Below are positions 39,100 through 50,080 of a stretch of DNA of 64,000 bases, one piece after another. This DNA comes from Octopus sinensis (lineage: Eukaryota). Position 1 is the stretch's first letter; each line of letters opens with the position of its first letter. The notes under the pieces are model-generated. The model ran no database searches and was not told where the DNA came from. It saw nothing but the letters and a program-made list of their open reading frames with translations. The stretch lies in assembly GCF_006345805.1 (NCBI RefSeq), contig NC_043013.1, positions 19,592,001 through 19,656,000 of the forward strand. The letters are read 5' to 3'. Made by a program: the position numbers and the translations under genes.

Positions 39100-40400
39100 C
39101 TTAAATATAGAACTGCATAACAATTATGTTCTGAAGGGTCGACCAGTTCGATTTCCAAAACTTTTGAAACTTCCCACTCGGCAGGTGTGGTTTTAATAGT
39201 TATATTAACTTTTGGAATTTTCTTATAAGAACTTTTCAGATTGTTTCTGAACATACCGTTTTCCTCGAAAAAATTTGAATTTTTTCCAAACGTCTTAATA
39301 CGTGTTGCTTTAGTTTGAAATATTGGCTTATTATGTTTCTCGGTTGCTTTTTCAATTTCACTTATCCTATTTATGTCATTTTCTTCACAGCTTCATAGAT
39401 TTTGTTACCTTAATATTGTTTTCGTCTTTGATATTCTTGAACATTTTAATATCAGATGGGAGTAGACTAATTTTATTTCCAATTCCCACTTATCATGCTG
39501 GTTCCGTTTTATTTTTGCCAAGTTCTTGGTAGAATCTTTTGGGGTTGGAGCTGAACTGTGTATTTTGTTCAAAGAAACGTTGGCGCTTCTCATACCGGCG
39601 GATCTTTTGTGCTTTGGCAAGGATATCTTGCTTTAGCTTTTCTTTTACCTCAGGTGTAACTTTTCCTGTAATGTTGCATTGGCACAGTTCTGTTCTTGTT
39701 GCTTAGTAGTGTTGACCGTCTACTAATTTTGTTAAGAATTGACAGATCTTTTCTCTTTTTTTCTATATTTATTTGGATATTATTTATCAACATGGTTTGC
39801 TTGGGCGGTGGTACTCCTGTTTGGAAGGGTTTGAATGAGTGTCCAGCTTCTTTTGTGGTTGCAGTGGCTGCTGCATATATTATGTCATTTAGCTCGGTGA
39901 TTTTGACTTTCGTTTCTGTGGCTATTAGTTAGTTAGTTAGTTAGTTAATTTGGCTCAAAAGCAAATAGCAAGGCCATGTAGGGGGACATGGAGTTAAGTA
40001 CAGGGTGGTGTTCATGTAAAGAGTTCAGGTCACTATTATTCCGTGACGGCCAGGTTCATGCTATTCATTATTGATGTTGTTTTATTGTCTATTTTGATTT
40101 TTGGGAGGTATAATCTGTGATCCATTCTGAGATCTCTGGTTTTCAATTCTTTGATTATGCTCATTTTTAGAGTATCAAAATCATTAGGTTCCCCTTCACT
40201 GTTTCCAGGTTTTAGATTTATTTCGCCTTCCTTCTCATTCATATATTTGTCTGTGGTGTTCTGGATTGGTGCTTTTTGCACGTTATGATACATTCGTACG
40301 CTCTGGGTTTGTTGTCTTTTGTTGTTTACTTCGCTTTTGTTGGAAATGTTACGTCTGTCTTCGTGTTTTACTATCTCAGTGTTTATCTTATTTGGCATTT
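39100..40400 (-). pseudogene. R4/Dong-like LINE N-terminal fragments (two, in tandem)
   Basis: ITELNDIIYAAAT; KQDILAKAQKIRRYEKRQRFFEQNTQFSSNPKRFYQEL; and a second related RIKTFGKNSNFFEENGMFRNN block nearer 39250. Confidence 0.8.
39928..40032 (-). mobile_element. 105-bp 5'-truncated retroelement 3' end with (CTAA)n tail
   Basis: 6-bp TSD CTATTA at 39922-39927 and 40033-40038; interrupts the R4-like ORF. Confidence 0.7.
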
Positions 40401-40599
40401 CTGTGTGGCTACCATCTAGATTTTCCTGATATATTTTACCTTTTATATGTTCTATTTCTATTTCTGATATATTTTTGTTTTGAGAATATGTTTTCGTATG
40501 TTAGCTAGTTTATTAGGGTTCATCCAAGTCTTTATTTAGGTTACCTTTCATCCAGATTTTATATGTATATGTTGTTGTGCTTTCGTTATTTTGGTAGAG

Positions 40600-41001
40600 C
40601 ACTGCTTTTACACTCTTGGGGTGTAGTTCCTTGTTCATTGCCATTAATTTACGTGTTCTCCGGTCTATCTCTTGTATTCATTCTTCTTCCAAGGTACTAT
40701 TCCTGCTCCTTAACTCATCAAAGAAACCGCCCACGTGTTAATTGCTCTAATCTTATAGCGGCCATTTAGCTTCGATTGGAGCACAAGCTGAGTTCTCCTC
40801 AAATACTATTCCCTGTACATTTCTTTCATCTTGTGTTCGTTCAGCTTGCCTCTTTCAATGATACCCAGCTACTTATATCCTTCCTCTGCGACCTCCTTTA
40901 TAGTTTCGCCACTTTCCAGCTTGATCCCATAGCTTTTACTGGTTTTCCCCCTTTTGGGAATCATTACACCATATTTCTCGATCCCAAATTCCATGCCAAT
41001 A

Positions 41002-41002
<1 letters not shown>
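40600..41002 (-). pseudogene. R4/Dong-like RT C-terminal (thumb) fragment
   Basis: IGMEFGIEK..GYK*LGI..SKLNGRYKIRAINTWAV..DRRTRKLM..LHPKS; begins directly after (AAT)n. Confidence 0.85.

Positions 41003-41067
<65 letters not shown>
41003..41067. repeat. (ATT)n microsatellite
   Basis: Directly visible. Confidence 0.97.
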
Positions 41068-41069
<2 letters not shown>

Positions 41070-41199
41070 TCAGAATATTTGATGCAATCACTTGCCAGCA
41101 CACGCCCAGAGCCCTGGGGCAAATTAAGGGTAAGAGATGTTGAAATAAAACTGACAGCTTCAGTAGAGGATGTGGGATAACTGTACAAAAATACATTCA

Positions 41200-41560
41200 T
41201 ATAACACAATCATATAAATTAACTGGCTTTTTCTTAAAATGTGGGCAGTAATTGTTAGCACCTTCTTATGGTTCTCCTGAGATGTCGTCTAGCTGTTTCT
41301 AACATCCCTTTTTTTTATCATACTTATGGCATCCACAACAATAGGAACTGTTTTTGTCTTATGATGTCACATCGTTTGTATTTCAAATTCCTGGTAATTA
41401 TACTTGCTAAGTTTGCCAAATTGTTTAATACATATATTTTATGACTGGGGACACATCTATACTTCCAGAAGTATTTTCTTCCCTGTCTTTAATAATTATG
41501 TCTGGTCGATTAATCTGGATTGTTCTATAAGTGTGGAGTGGAAAATCCAAGAGGATTGTT
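41200..41560 (-). pseudogene. R4/Dong-like RLE C-terminal fragment
   Basis: TILLDFPLHTYRTIQINRPDIIIKD..KLSKY..TVPIVV..TAHILRK. Confidence 0.85.
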
Positions 41561-41975
41561 ACATCTTAACTTCAGTATGGTGCTGATAGTAGTTAGCAAG
41601 AGTGCTGATTGTTATTGTTGTTGTTGTTGTTTTGTTGCTTCTGCTGCTGCTGCTGCTGCTGTTGGTGGTGGTGGTGTTGCTGTTGTTGTTGTCGTGGAAC
41701 AAAACCAAAGATGTAAATGAAACTGATGAAACAATGTTATGAGAATTCATCAATTTATGCAGCACAGTACAAAAAGAGCATTCAGACAACAAGATAACGT
41801 ATTCAATATATGTCCGTGTGTGTGTGTGTGTGTGTGTGTGCGAGCCCGGTGTTTTTGCATGCGTGTCTGTGTATTTATATATGAGTATATATATATGTAC
41901 ATGTTTATGTATACTTAATATATACACATAAACACACACACACATATATATGCATATATATTGTATATATATATA

Positions 41976-42050
<75 letters not shown>

Positions 42051-43433
42051 TGTGAGAGTGCTTATTTGATTTTATATTTGCATAAGACCAGAGGCGACTG
42101 GTGTTTTTTTAGACATCTTACATTTAATATATCAAATCTTATATTCGCACTGAATGATCGACTGGAGAGCAAGGAATATTATATGAGATTACACTAAAAT
42201 TACCTCGATTTCAAAAGATTTCAGTTTTATATATATATGTGTCCTATTTTATTATCTTCTCTGTAACCTCCTATGTACATTTATTTTTGCACCACAATCG
42301 AATTAAGATTCACCCATCTTTCACATCCGCTCCCCTCTTGTTTCATTGATTTGTAATAAAGAAATACTCAGAAGGTTTGCTGACTGAATATCTCCCAGGA
42401 TCTAGGTCAGGAATTACTGATAACTCTAGTTCACTAAAATGTAGTTCACACGGTATACATATATATATACACACACACATACATACATACACACACACAC
42501 ATACATACACACACACATACATACATATATACATATACACATGTGTGCACATAGATATATGTTTACTGTTTACATATATGTATATATTTTAGATATTTAT
42601 GTTATATATATATATATATATATAATGTAAATAAGTATAAATGCTTATATATATATATGTATGTATTGTTCTTATATGTAAGTATATATTCATCCATAAA
42701 GACATACATACATAAACACATACACTAAACATACATACATACATACATATGCTGGAGATTGAATATGTTACAATTTCATTCCAAAAGGTAAAGAGGTAAA
42801 GCTCTCATAGATGGTGGGATTCCGAGCGATTGCGGTTGTATTTATTTGGCTGCGAGTATGGAGCGCAGTGTGTGTTTACTTCATGCAGTCCTGTTTTGGA
42901 GTCGTAGTTGTTAGTGTTTCTCTTTATTTTTAATTAAAAATCGGTGATTTAGTGTGATTTCGGCTGATGGTGTGCGTCTAGCTGATTTGTTGGTATATTT
43001 CTGTTTGACAACATGGTGGATATGTTTAATTTACGCCAACGGCGGCGTTGCGAGAATATGTCGGAGAAGTGATTTTGGTAATTAAACAGACATGGTTGTT
43101 TCTTTGCGAAAATAAGATTTCTGGTGCATACAATAAATATATTTGTAGCGAAATGAGTTTTAGTGGTTTGTTGGTGAATACAGAATATTGGTGGGATGGG
43201 GGAAATTCCGTAGTTTGGAATTTTATAGTTTCTGAACAGAATAATTAGCTTTTAGGTGTGGAGGAGGATTATTTGTGTTGTTGGAAGTGAGAGTTATCTG
43301 TTTTGGCAGGGGAGACACCTGAGAGAGAGAGAAAGAGAAAGGGGGCAGAATAGTTATTTATAGAGCGAGGGTAGCGAACACGAATGCATAGAGGAGATCG
43401 TATCAAAGAGTATATATATATATATATATATAT

Positions 43434-44074
43434 AAAATAAGGGTGAAAAAATTGGATATTAATTTAATAATACCATCAATTTAACACCAAGTGGCTAAGC
43501 GCATAAGAACCAGGGATACAATAAACGTTTATACACAAATATAAGAGAGTTTCCACTATGTGGTCGACTCTTGCGCTAAAAATAGAACCGCTATTGTCTC
43601 AACCACCAAGAATTGTTTCCAAGGAGAATTAGCACAACTATGAGCGTAAACGAGCAGGGCAAAAGAAAAATAACAAAAATATAGATTAATTCTAGACAAT
43701 TGTTTCGCTATTAATAAATTTTTCAATTTTACTTACACAATATATCCATAGCTCATCAGTAGAATTTGTCTTGGGTACAATTTCCTAAACCGCACGCTAG
43801 ATTTTAACATTACGTCAAACACACGTGTGGTTTAGTCGATTATATTCGCAGTTATTTTTCTTTTGCCCTGCTCGTTTACGCTCATAGTTGTGCTATTTCT
43901 CCTTGGAAACAATTCTTGGTGGTTGAGACCATAGCAAGCTTCGACCACATAGTGGACACTCTCTTATATTTGTGTATAAACTTTTATTGTATCCCTGGTT
44001 TTTATGCGCTAAGCCACTTGGTGTTAAATTGATGGTATTATTAAATTAATATCCAATTTTTTCACCCTTATTTT
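43434..44074 (-). mobile_element. Fold-back non-autonomous Penelope-like element with a central hammerhead
   Basis: Near-perfect inverted arms 43434-43674 and 43851-44074 with TAAGGGTGAAAAA termini; left end abuts (TA)n. Confidence 0.85.
43688..43766 (-). ncRNA. Type I hammerhead ribozyme, canonical core, GUC cleavage triplet
   Basis: AATTCTA-CTGATGA-GCTAT..ATAGC-GAAAC-AATT-GTC-TAGAATT: 7-bp stem I, 5-bp stem II, palindromic helix III ACAATTGT. Confidence 0.9.
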
Positions 44075-44155
44075 TGATTTTAATTATACTGCAGTAAATT
44101 TTTTATGCAGTATCTGTTTCCGTGAATTTTGGCGCGCTATAGCGAGGGCATTCGA

Positions 44156-44207
<52 letters not shown>

Positions 44208-44243
44208 CATACATACTTACATACATACATACAAATATATATT

Positions 44244-44305
<62 letters not shown>

Positions 44306-44311
44306 AAATTA

Positions 44312-44880
44312 TAAGGGTGAAAAATTGAATATTGATTGGATTAATATCATTTCAAAACCAGTGGTCCAGCATAATAAATCTGAAGAATTATGTTACATAC
44401 ATATAAGTGGGGTGACCACTACATGAACATCCATTATGCTAGAAGTATATCCGCTATGGTCTTACCTCTAAGAAAGGAATGTTCTCAAGGCATTTTAGCA
44501 AGCACCAGAACGTAAGCGAGCAAGACAAATGAAAAGAAAGAAATATAAATTAATCATAATTAAATTTCGCTATTAACACTTACGCAAATTACTCACGTAA
44601 TTGTCCGTAGCTCTTCAGTACGATAGTCATTGCAAATATAATTTGCAGAACTATACACGAGACGTTCGCATGAGATTGAACATGTATACAGTTCTACCAA
44701 TTACACTTGGGGTTATCTTTCAAAGTCTTTGTAAGTGTTGATAGCGAAACTAGTTTATGATTAATCTATATTTTTGCTTCTTTACATCTGTCTTGCTCGC
44801 TTACGTTCTGGCGTTTGCTAAATTTTCTTGAGAACATTCCTTTCTTAGTGGTAAGACCATAGCGAATCTACTTCTAGCAT
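44312..44880 (-). mobile_element. Sister fold-back element with a partly degenerate hammerhead
   Basis: Arms 44436-44583 and 44731-44880; CTGAAGA-GCTAC..ATAGC-GAAAT on the minus strand at 44622-44555; intact 3' half ATAGC-GAAAC-TA-GTT-TATG at 44741-44759; (TA)n on both sides. Confidence 0.8.
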
Positions 44881-44887
44881 ATGTACG

Positions 44888-44920
<33 letters not shown>

Positions 44921-45424
44921 CGTGTGTGCGTGTGTGTGTGTGTGTGTGAGTGTATAGATAAGTGTATATATATATATATACATACATATATATACATGTA
45001 TGCTTATACACATACATATATATAGGCACTTGTGCATGTATTCGTAGGTTTATTTGTGTTCATGTTAGCATAAACACGCACTCCTAGAATTAAACATGCC
45101 GAGGAGTGTAGATATATGCATAGAAAGACATGTACAGAATAAGATATGCATGTAAATGCAAAAAAGGGCAATAGTAGATACATGTACGAGCACATAGACA
45201 CATCAGTGTACGTAACTATAAATTTATTTAAGATCACAAAGGACTCTCCCATCGTTAGACGATTAATGAAGGCTTTGGAATTTCTTGCTGAACAACCACA
45301 CAGTTGGTTTGTTTATAGTGATCGAGAGTTTCTGCTCACATAAACTCACTCGCTCCATCAAATCGACATTACCTACATAGGTGTACGATGTGCCGCTTGT
45401 CAGAAAATGAAATCAATGTAGAGC

Positions 45425-45512
45425 AACAGGAAATGAAGTGTTTTGCTCAAGAACACAACGTAACGCCAAGTCTACAAATAATCGAAGCCACGATCTCGCA
45501 GCCATGCGCCGT
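45425..45512 (-). mobile_element. CORE-like SINE fragment
   Basis: GAAATGAAGTGTTTTGCTCAAGAACACAAC is the reverse complement of the 24600 block. Confidence 0.65.
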
Positions 45513-45562
45513 GTATATGTATATAGATATATATATATATACATATGAATTTGTACCGCAGC

Positions 45563-45589
<27 letters not shown>

Positions 45590-45593
<4 letters not shown>

Positions 45594-47440
45594 ATAACAT
45601 TATTGGTGAATTGAAGAAATGGAGCTGAACGCAGATTGAACAGAAATCGTTTTATTTCATTCTACACGTGTTTCGAAAGGTACAAATTACCAAAATCCGA
45701 TTGAATAATGGGACCATATTGTGTCTTTCTCTCAGGAAGAAAAAAGGAAATCCGTTGGAAAAACAAAAAGCAACAGAGGCGGAGCAAAAACAAAAACAAA
45801 TCGAACTATGCTCCTAAGAGCCCATGGCGAAACTGTTTATCAGTGTATGTTGAGAACCGGTGGCTGAAGAATTCAACGGGTCAGGCATCGGTCAATCATG
45901 TGGGTGAGGGTGTATAGATGTTCTTTGTGACCGAGAATAAAGTTCTGACTATTTAAGGAATATTGGATGTTTTATAAGGGCGAGAAAAAATCTACTTAGA
46001 GACGCGTGTGTGTGTATACTGTTCTATATATGTGTGTGTTGGCGTAGGGGTAGAAAACATTTTTTGTGTACGTGTGTGCGTTTTGATCGTTCGGCTGTCA
46101 GTGGCTACTGCCGTGATAACCGTTGGGTGGCAGAAGAAAAAAAATATAATATTATATATATTATGTTTTATGTGTGTGTGTGTTCATCTAAGCCTGCCTT
46201 GTCAAGGAAACCCCCCGCTGTGAAAAAACCAAGCCCCGTTTGTCTTACAGGAGTAATTCCCCTTGCAGTGGTTAATCGTAGATATCTTAAAGGCTATTTC
46301 AGAATTTGTTACCAAGGGCTATGTGTGCGGTATTATTTATAACGCTATTTACAAGCCAGATAAGTGTAACGACCCGCCGCCAATGGGGGCATCGAAAAGC
46401 CGACTGTATGAGCCCGTTTACCATCCGGCCTCTGGCAAACAAAATGGAAGAGTTCGGAGACCAAAGGTTGCACTGTCTTCTGCCCCTATCAAATGGGAGG
46501 GCCACCGACAAAATTGACCATTCCAGCCTATAGCTTAAGTTCGTATCCTTCAGTCGCCATATTAGCTTACTGAGTCCCGTGGTCTGGCGCTTGTTCACGT
46601 CCCGAAAAGTTCGTAAATGGTTGGAGACACGCAAAGACAATCTTGAGGATGATGCCCCTACATAAGTGAAGACATCTGAGTCCGTGTAACCTTGCATTGG
46701 TAGACGGCGTTTTTGATCTTGGAGTTCGCCGACGTGAATCTTAATCTGCTAGGATTGGTTTCTGAAATTAGAACTGCGTTCCTGTCACTATATTCGTTCC
46801 GAGACCTGCAGCCGCTTACTACTCTATTTTCCACTACGTCACTATTAACTATAGGAATAACCCCTGATTCTCCACTATCTATCAGAGTGCTGTCATTGCT
46901 ACTGCCGTGGTGCTGCTATTGCGGGAAATGATGCTGGGGATGGGATGCTATTGGGGCTCTCTACCCGACTCCCATTGTTACCGTCCAACCACAACACCCC
47001 TATTTATAACTATACCCCTAGTGGGTACTCCCTGGCTGGAGCTGAGATTATGTGTCACTGTACTGGCTCTCATATCATTATTACTACTATAATTATTCCT
47101 ACTGAGCATCAAACCGGGAGCGGAAGAGGCTGTGCCTCCGGAAAGGTGATAGGGTCTTAGTAAGTAGCCTATTATTATGGGAGGCGATTATCTGGGCGAG
47201 GTTTTTAGTGTTGGAGAAAGCTATCCTAACTTTATGTGAGTTAACCGTGGAGTAATATTTGGAATTTCTGGGGAAGTTATTGGCGATGGCTTGTCTAAAC
47301 ATGAGGGGGAGGTTAGTTCTAATCTGCTTACCAAAGGGGATTACAAACCATATATGCTTATTCCTATGTTTACTGCTGTGATTTTTGCTACTAAGGTATC
47401 GGTTAAACTTTTGATTAATCTACTACAAGATTATTCATCT
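45590..47440 (-). mobile_element. Penelope-like retroelement, 5'-truncated and frameshifted
   Basis: FPRNSKYYSTVNSHKVRIAFSNTKNLAQIIASHN; AVY (~46700) and YVG (46656-46664) split by a frameshift; RVSNH..F..TTGLSKLIWRLKD..WSIL..CNL; flanked by (TA)n. Confidence 0.85.
45660..45738 (-). ncRNA. Hammerhead remnant in the 3' terminal region of the Penelope element
   Basis: TTC-CTGA[-]GA-GAAAG..CTTTC-GAAAC-ACGT-GTA-GAA; N7 is missing; helix III palindrome ACACGTGT. Confidence 0.5.
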
Positions 47441-47464
47441 TTCTATTTCACATAATATATATAT

Positions 47465-47496
<32 letters not shown>

Positions 47497-47498
<2 letters not shown>

Positions 47499-47760
47499 AG
47501 GGTAAACAAATTATACTAATTTGATTAATATCAATTTAAACCAGTGGCCTAGCATTGGGAAAAATCTGAAGCTTCAGAAAAGTTATATTACATACATATT
47601 AGAGGGATGGCCAGCAGGCCATCCAATGTATTTTGTCTTGCTATCTTACGTTCTGGCGTTTGCCGAATTTTCTTGATAACAATTCTTTCTTAGTGAGCAG
47701 ATCATATGGGGTCTACATTTAGCAAATTGGATGTCCACCTAGCGGTCATCCCTCTTATAT
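47497..47760. mobile_element. Internally deleted member of the TAAGGGT fold-back family
   Basis: TAAGGGTAAA terminus after (TA)n, then inverted CTTACGTTCTGGCGTTTGC block as at 44800. Confidence 0.7.
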
Positions 47761-47766
47761 GTAATA

Positions 47767-47813
<47 letters not shown>

Positions 47814-48249
47814 CTATCTATCTATATAGGTGTATAAACGTTGAATGTGGATTCGTCCTTTAATTCGAGGTTTCCAAAAAAGATTTCTTATGTTGATTCT
47901 TCATACATTTAGCAAATTGGATGTCCACCTAGCGGTCATCCCTCTTATATGTAATATTTCATATATATATATATACATACATTTATCTATCTATCTATAT
48001 AGGTGTATAAACGTTGAATGTGGATTCGTCCTTTAATTCGAGGTTTCCAAAAAAGATTTCTTATGTTGATTCTTCATACATTTAGCAAATTGGATGTCCA
48101 CCTAGCGGTCATCCCTCTTATATGTAATATTTCATATATATATATATATATACATTTATCTATCTATCTATATAGGTGTATAAACGTTGAATGTGGATTC
48201 GTCCTTTAATTCGAGGTTTCCAAAAAAGATTTCGTATGTTGATTCTTCA
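47714..48249. repeat. Three tandem copies of a 173-bp unit
   Basis: Units start at 47714, 47904 and 48077; the first is longer only in its TA run; produces the identical ORFs at 47845 and 48018. Confidence 0.95.
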
Positions 48250-48316
48250 TACTGTGCTGGCAGTTCACACGCGTACATTTGAGAAGATATGAAAGCAGTA
48301 TTTGTATATAATGCAG

Positions 48317-48462
48317 GATGAATTTGTAGAATGAAGTTCCATAAATTCCATCCATTTTGTTAAAAATGGAGGAGAAGAGTTGCTAAAATTTATAAGAAAT
48401 TTATTTCTTATAAGAAGCTTAAAATTGATGTGATTTATGGAACTTCATTCCATAAATTCGCC
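48317..48462. mobile_element. Small fold-back/MITE
   Basis: 36-bp inverted arms 48317-48352 and 48427-48462; internal palindrome TTATAAGAAAT-TT-ATTTCTTATAA. Confidence 0.65.
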
Positions 48463-48795
48463 ATATAGTTCGTTATGCCACGAGAGCAGTGACTGATGAT
48501 TGTGCTAGGACAGCAGATGTGTTAAAAAACTGTTCGGCATGCTCTCACCACATGAAACTAATAATAGCACATAAAAGCATGTCTTGTGTTTATCAAATAA
48601 TATTTATCCCTCATCAGATGGAGTAACTTTTTTTGACCTTACCGTCATGGAACAGTATACTGCGTGCGTACTGAGAACTAGAAGTGACCTTCATGAGGCA
48701 GTGTGCCAAGTGACATCACTGTGTTTAATTCGCAAGTTGTGAAATTTGTGTTTTTGTAATCACACGTATGCTGCAGTGTGTGAATTTTTACCACA

Positions 48796-48910
48796 GATAG
48801 GAAGTTAGAACAAAGCGCCAGCGTGAAATTTTGCGTTAAACTTGGGAAGTCAGCTACGGAGACATCAATCATGTTTCGGCAAGCTTACGACGACGAGGCA
48901 ATGTTTCGAG
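48796..48910 (+). pseudogene. mariner transposase N-terminal fragment
   Basis: LEQSASVKFCVKLGKSATETSIMFRQAYDDEAM matches the mariner HTH start. Confidence 0.8.
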
Positions 48911-49984
48911 TAGTAAGGAAGGCTAAAGAAGATTTTTCTTTTTCCGGAAATGCGAATTGGGGTGAGAATTTTAATGCTTTCTTATACGACTTCGCCCCAT
49001 CTGCCTATTCCTCCTGCTGCATTTCTTTTTCACATCTCTGCATTCTGCTATCAGATGGAATATCATCATCATCATCATCATTAACAACAACAACAAGGAC
49101 TCGTGATGTTGCTCAGAATAAGGTCACTCCGCACGGTACTGCATTATACCGAAATGCATGTATTTAATAAAGTCTCATCAATAAAGTTATGTGCGGGGCG
49201 TGAGAGGGAAACATTGAGCTCGAAGTTGATACGAACCATACTGATATAAAGATACATAATTCCTTCATTCAGTCGCAGTTAAGTGACATAGATAAAGTGC
49301 GATGTAGATCTTCTAAAGATTCGGTAAAAGTTTCTGTATCCAGCTTGATTCAAAAATAACCACAATCAATGGAAAGAGTATTTTGTTTTTATCGACAAAG
49401 CGAATAAGATCTGTTGCATTTCTTCTGTATGGCTGATGTTTAGTGTAACAGAGTAAATAGTTTGCCAAATGTTTACTGCAAGAGAGTTAATGGTTTGTTA
49501 AATACAATACAACATCGTTAGTATCAGACAAATGGTGATTCTTCAATGAGAGCTAAAATTAAGGTATGTTTTTGTGAGTAATAGAAATATATCTGTTTCG
49601 GTGCAAACAAGTCAATCGGTACATCTACAAAAGTATAATGAAACCAGGAAAATAAACTGGTAAAGCCACAAGACTTGAATGCAATTTGGATGATATTCAG
49701 AGGTTTTGAAACTAATTTTGACACTGGTTGCCTAGTAAAGCGGTTACATTGAATTGTATTTTTTGTTTATGGGAGAATCGAGGTAAAAGAAACGCTTTGG
49801 TGAAAAGCAAACGGAAAGAGAGATTAAGATGGTGGAGAGTACATCATCCACATCACCTTGTAAAACAAGACAATTTCTCATATCAATGAAGATTTTAAAA
49901 TAGAATCAGTTAAAAGTCTAAATATGTGTATTTTTCAAGTATTGATGTGAGAAATATTTTTTAATTCAAGAGAAATATTTAAGG

Positions 49985-50080
49985 CAAGTATGTTTACTAA
50001 GTCTACAAGTATTTTCTTCCTTTTCTTTAATAATTATGTCTGGCTGACTATTCTGGATTGTTCTGTCAGTGTTCAACCCC
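49985..50080 (-). pseudogene. RLE-LINE fragment
   Basis: TDRTIQNSQPDIIIKEKEENTC; homologous to 41460-41540. Confidence 0.7.

Noticed and set aside
42790-43270. A/C-skewed minus-strand segment next to the fold-back, possible retroelement ORF
   Set aside because: No identifiable motif in hand translation
47845-48209. Duplicated 63-aa gene
   Set aside because: A by-product of the 173-bp tandem repeat, running through TA microsatellite
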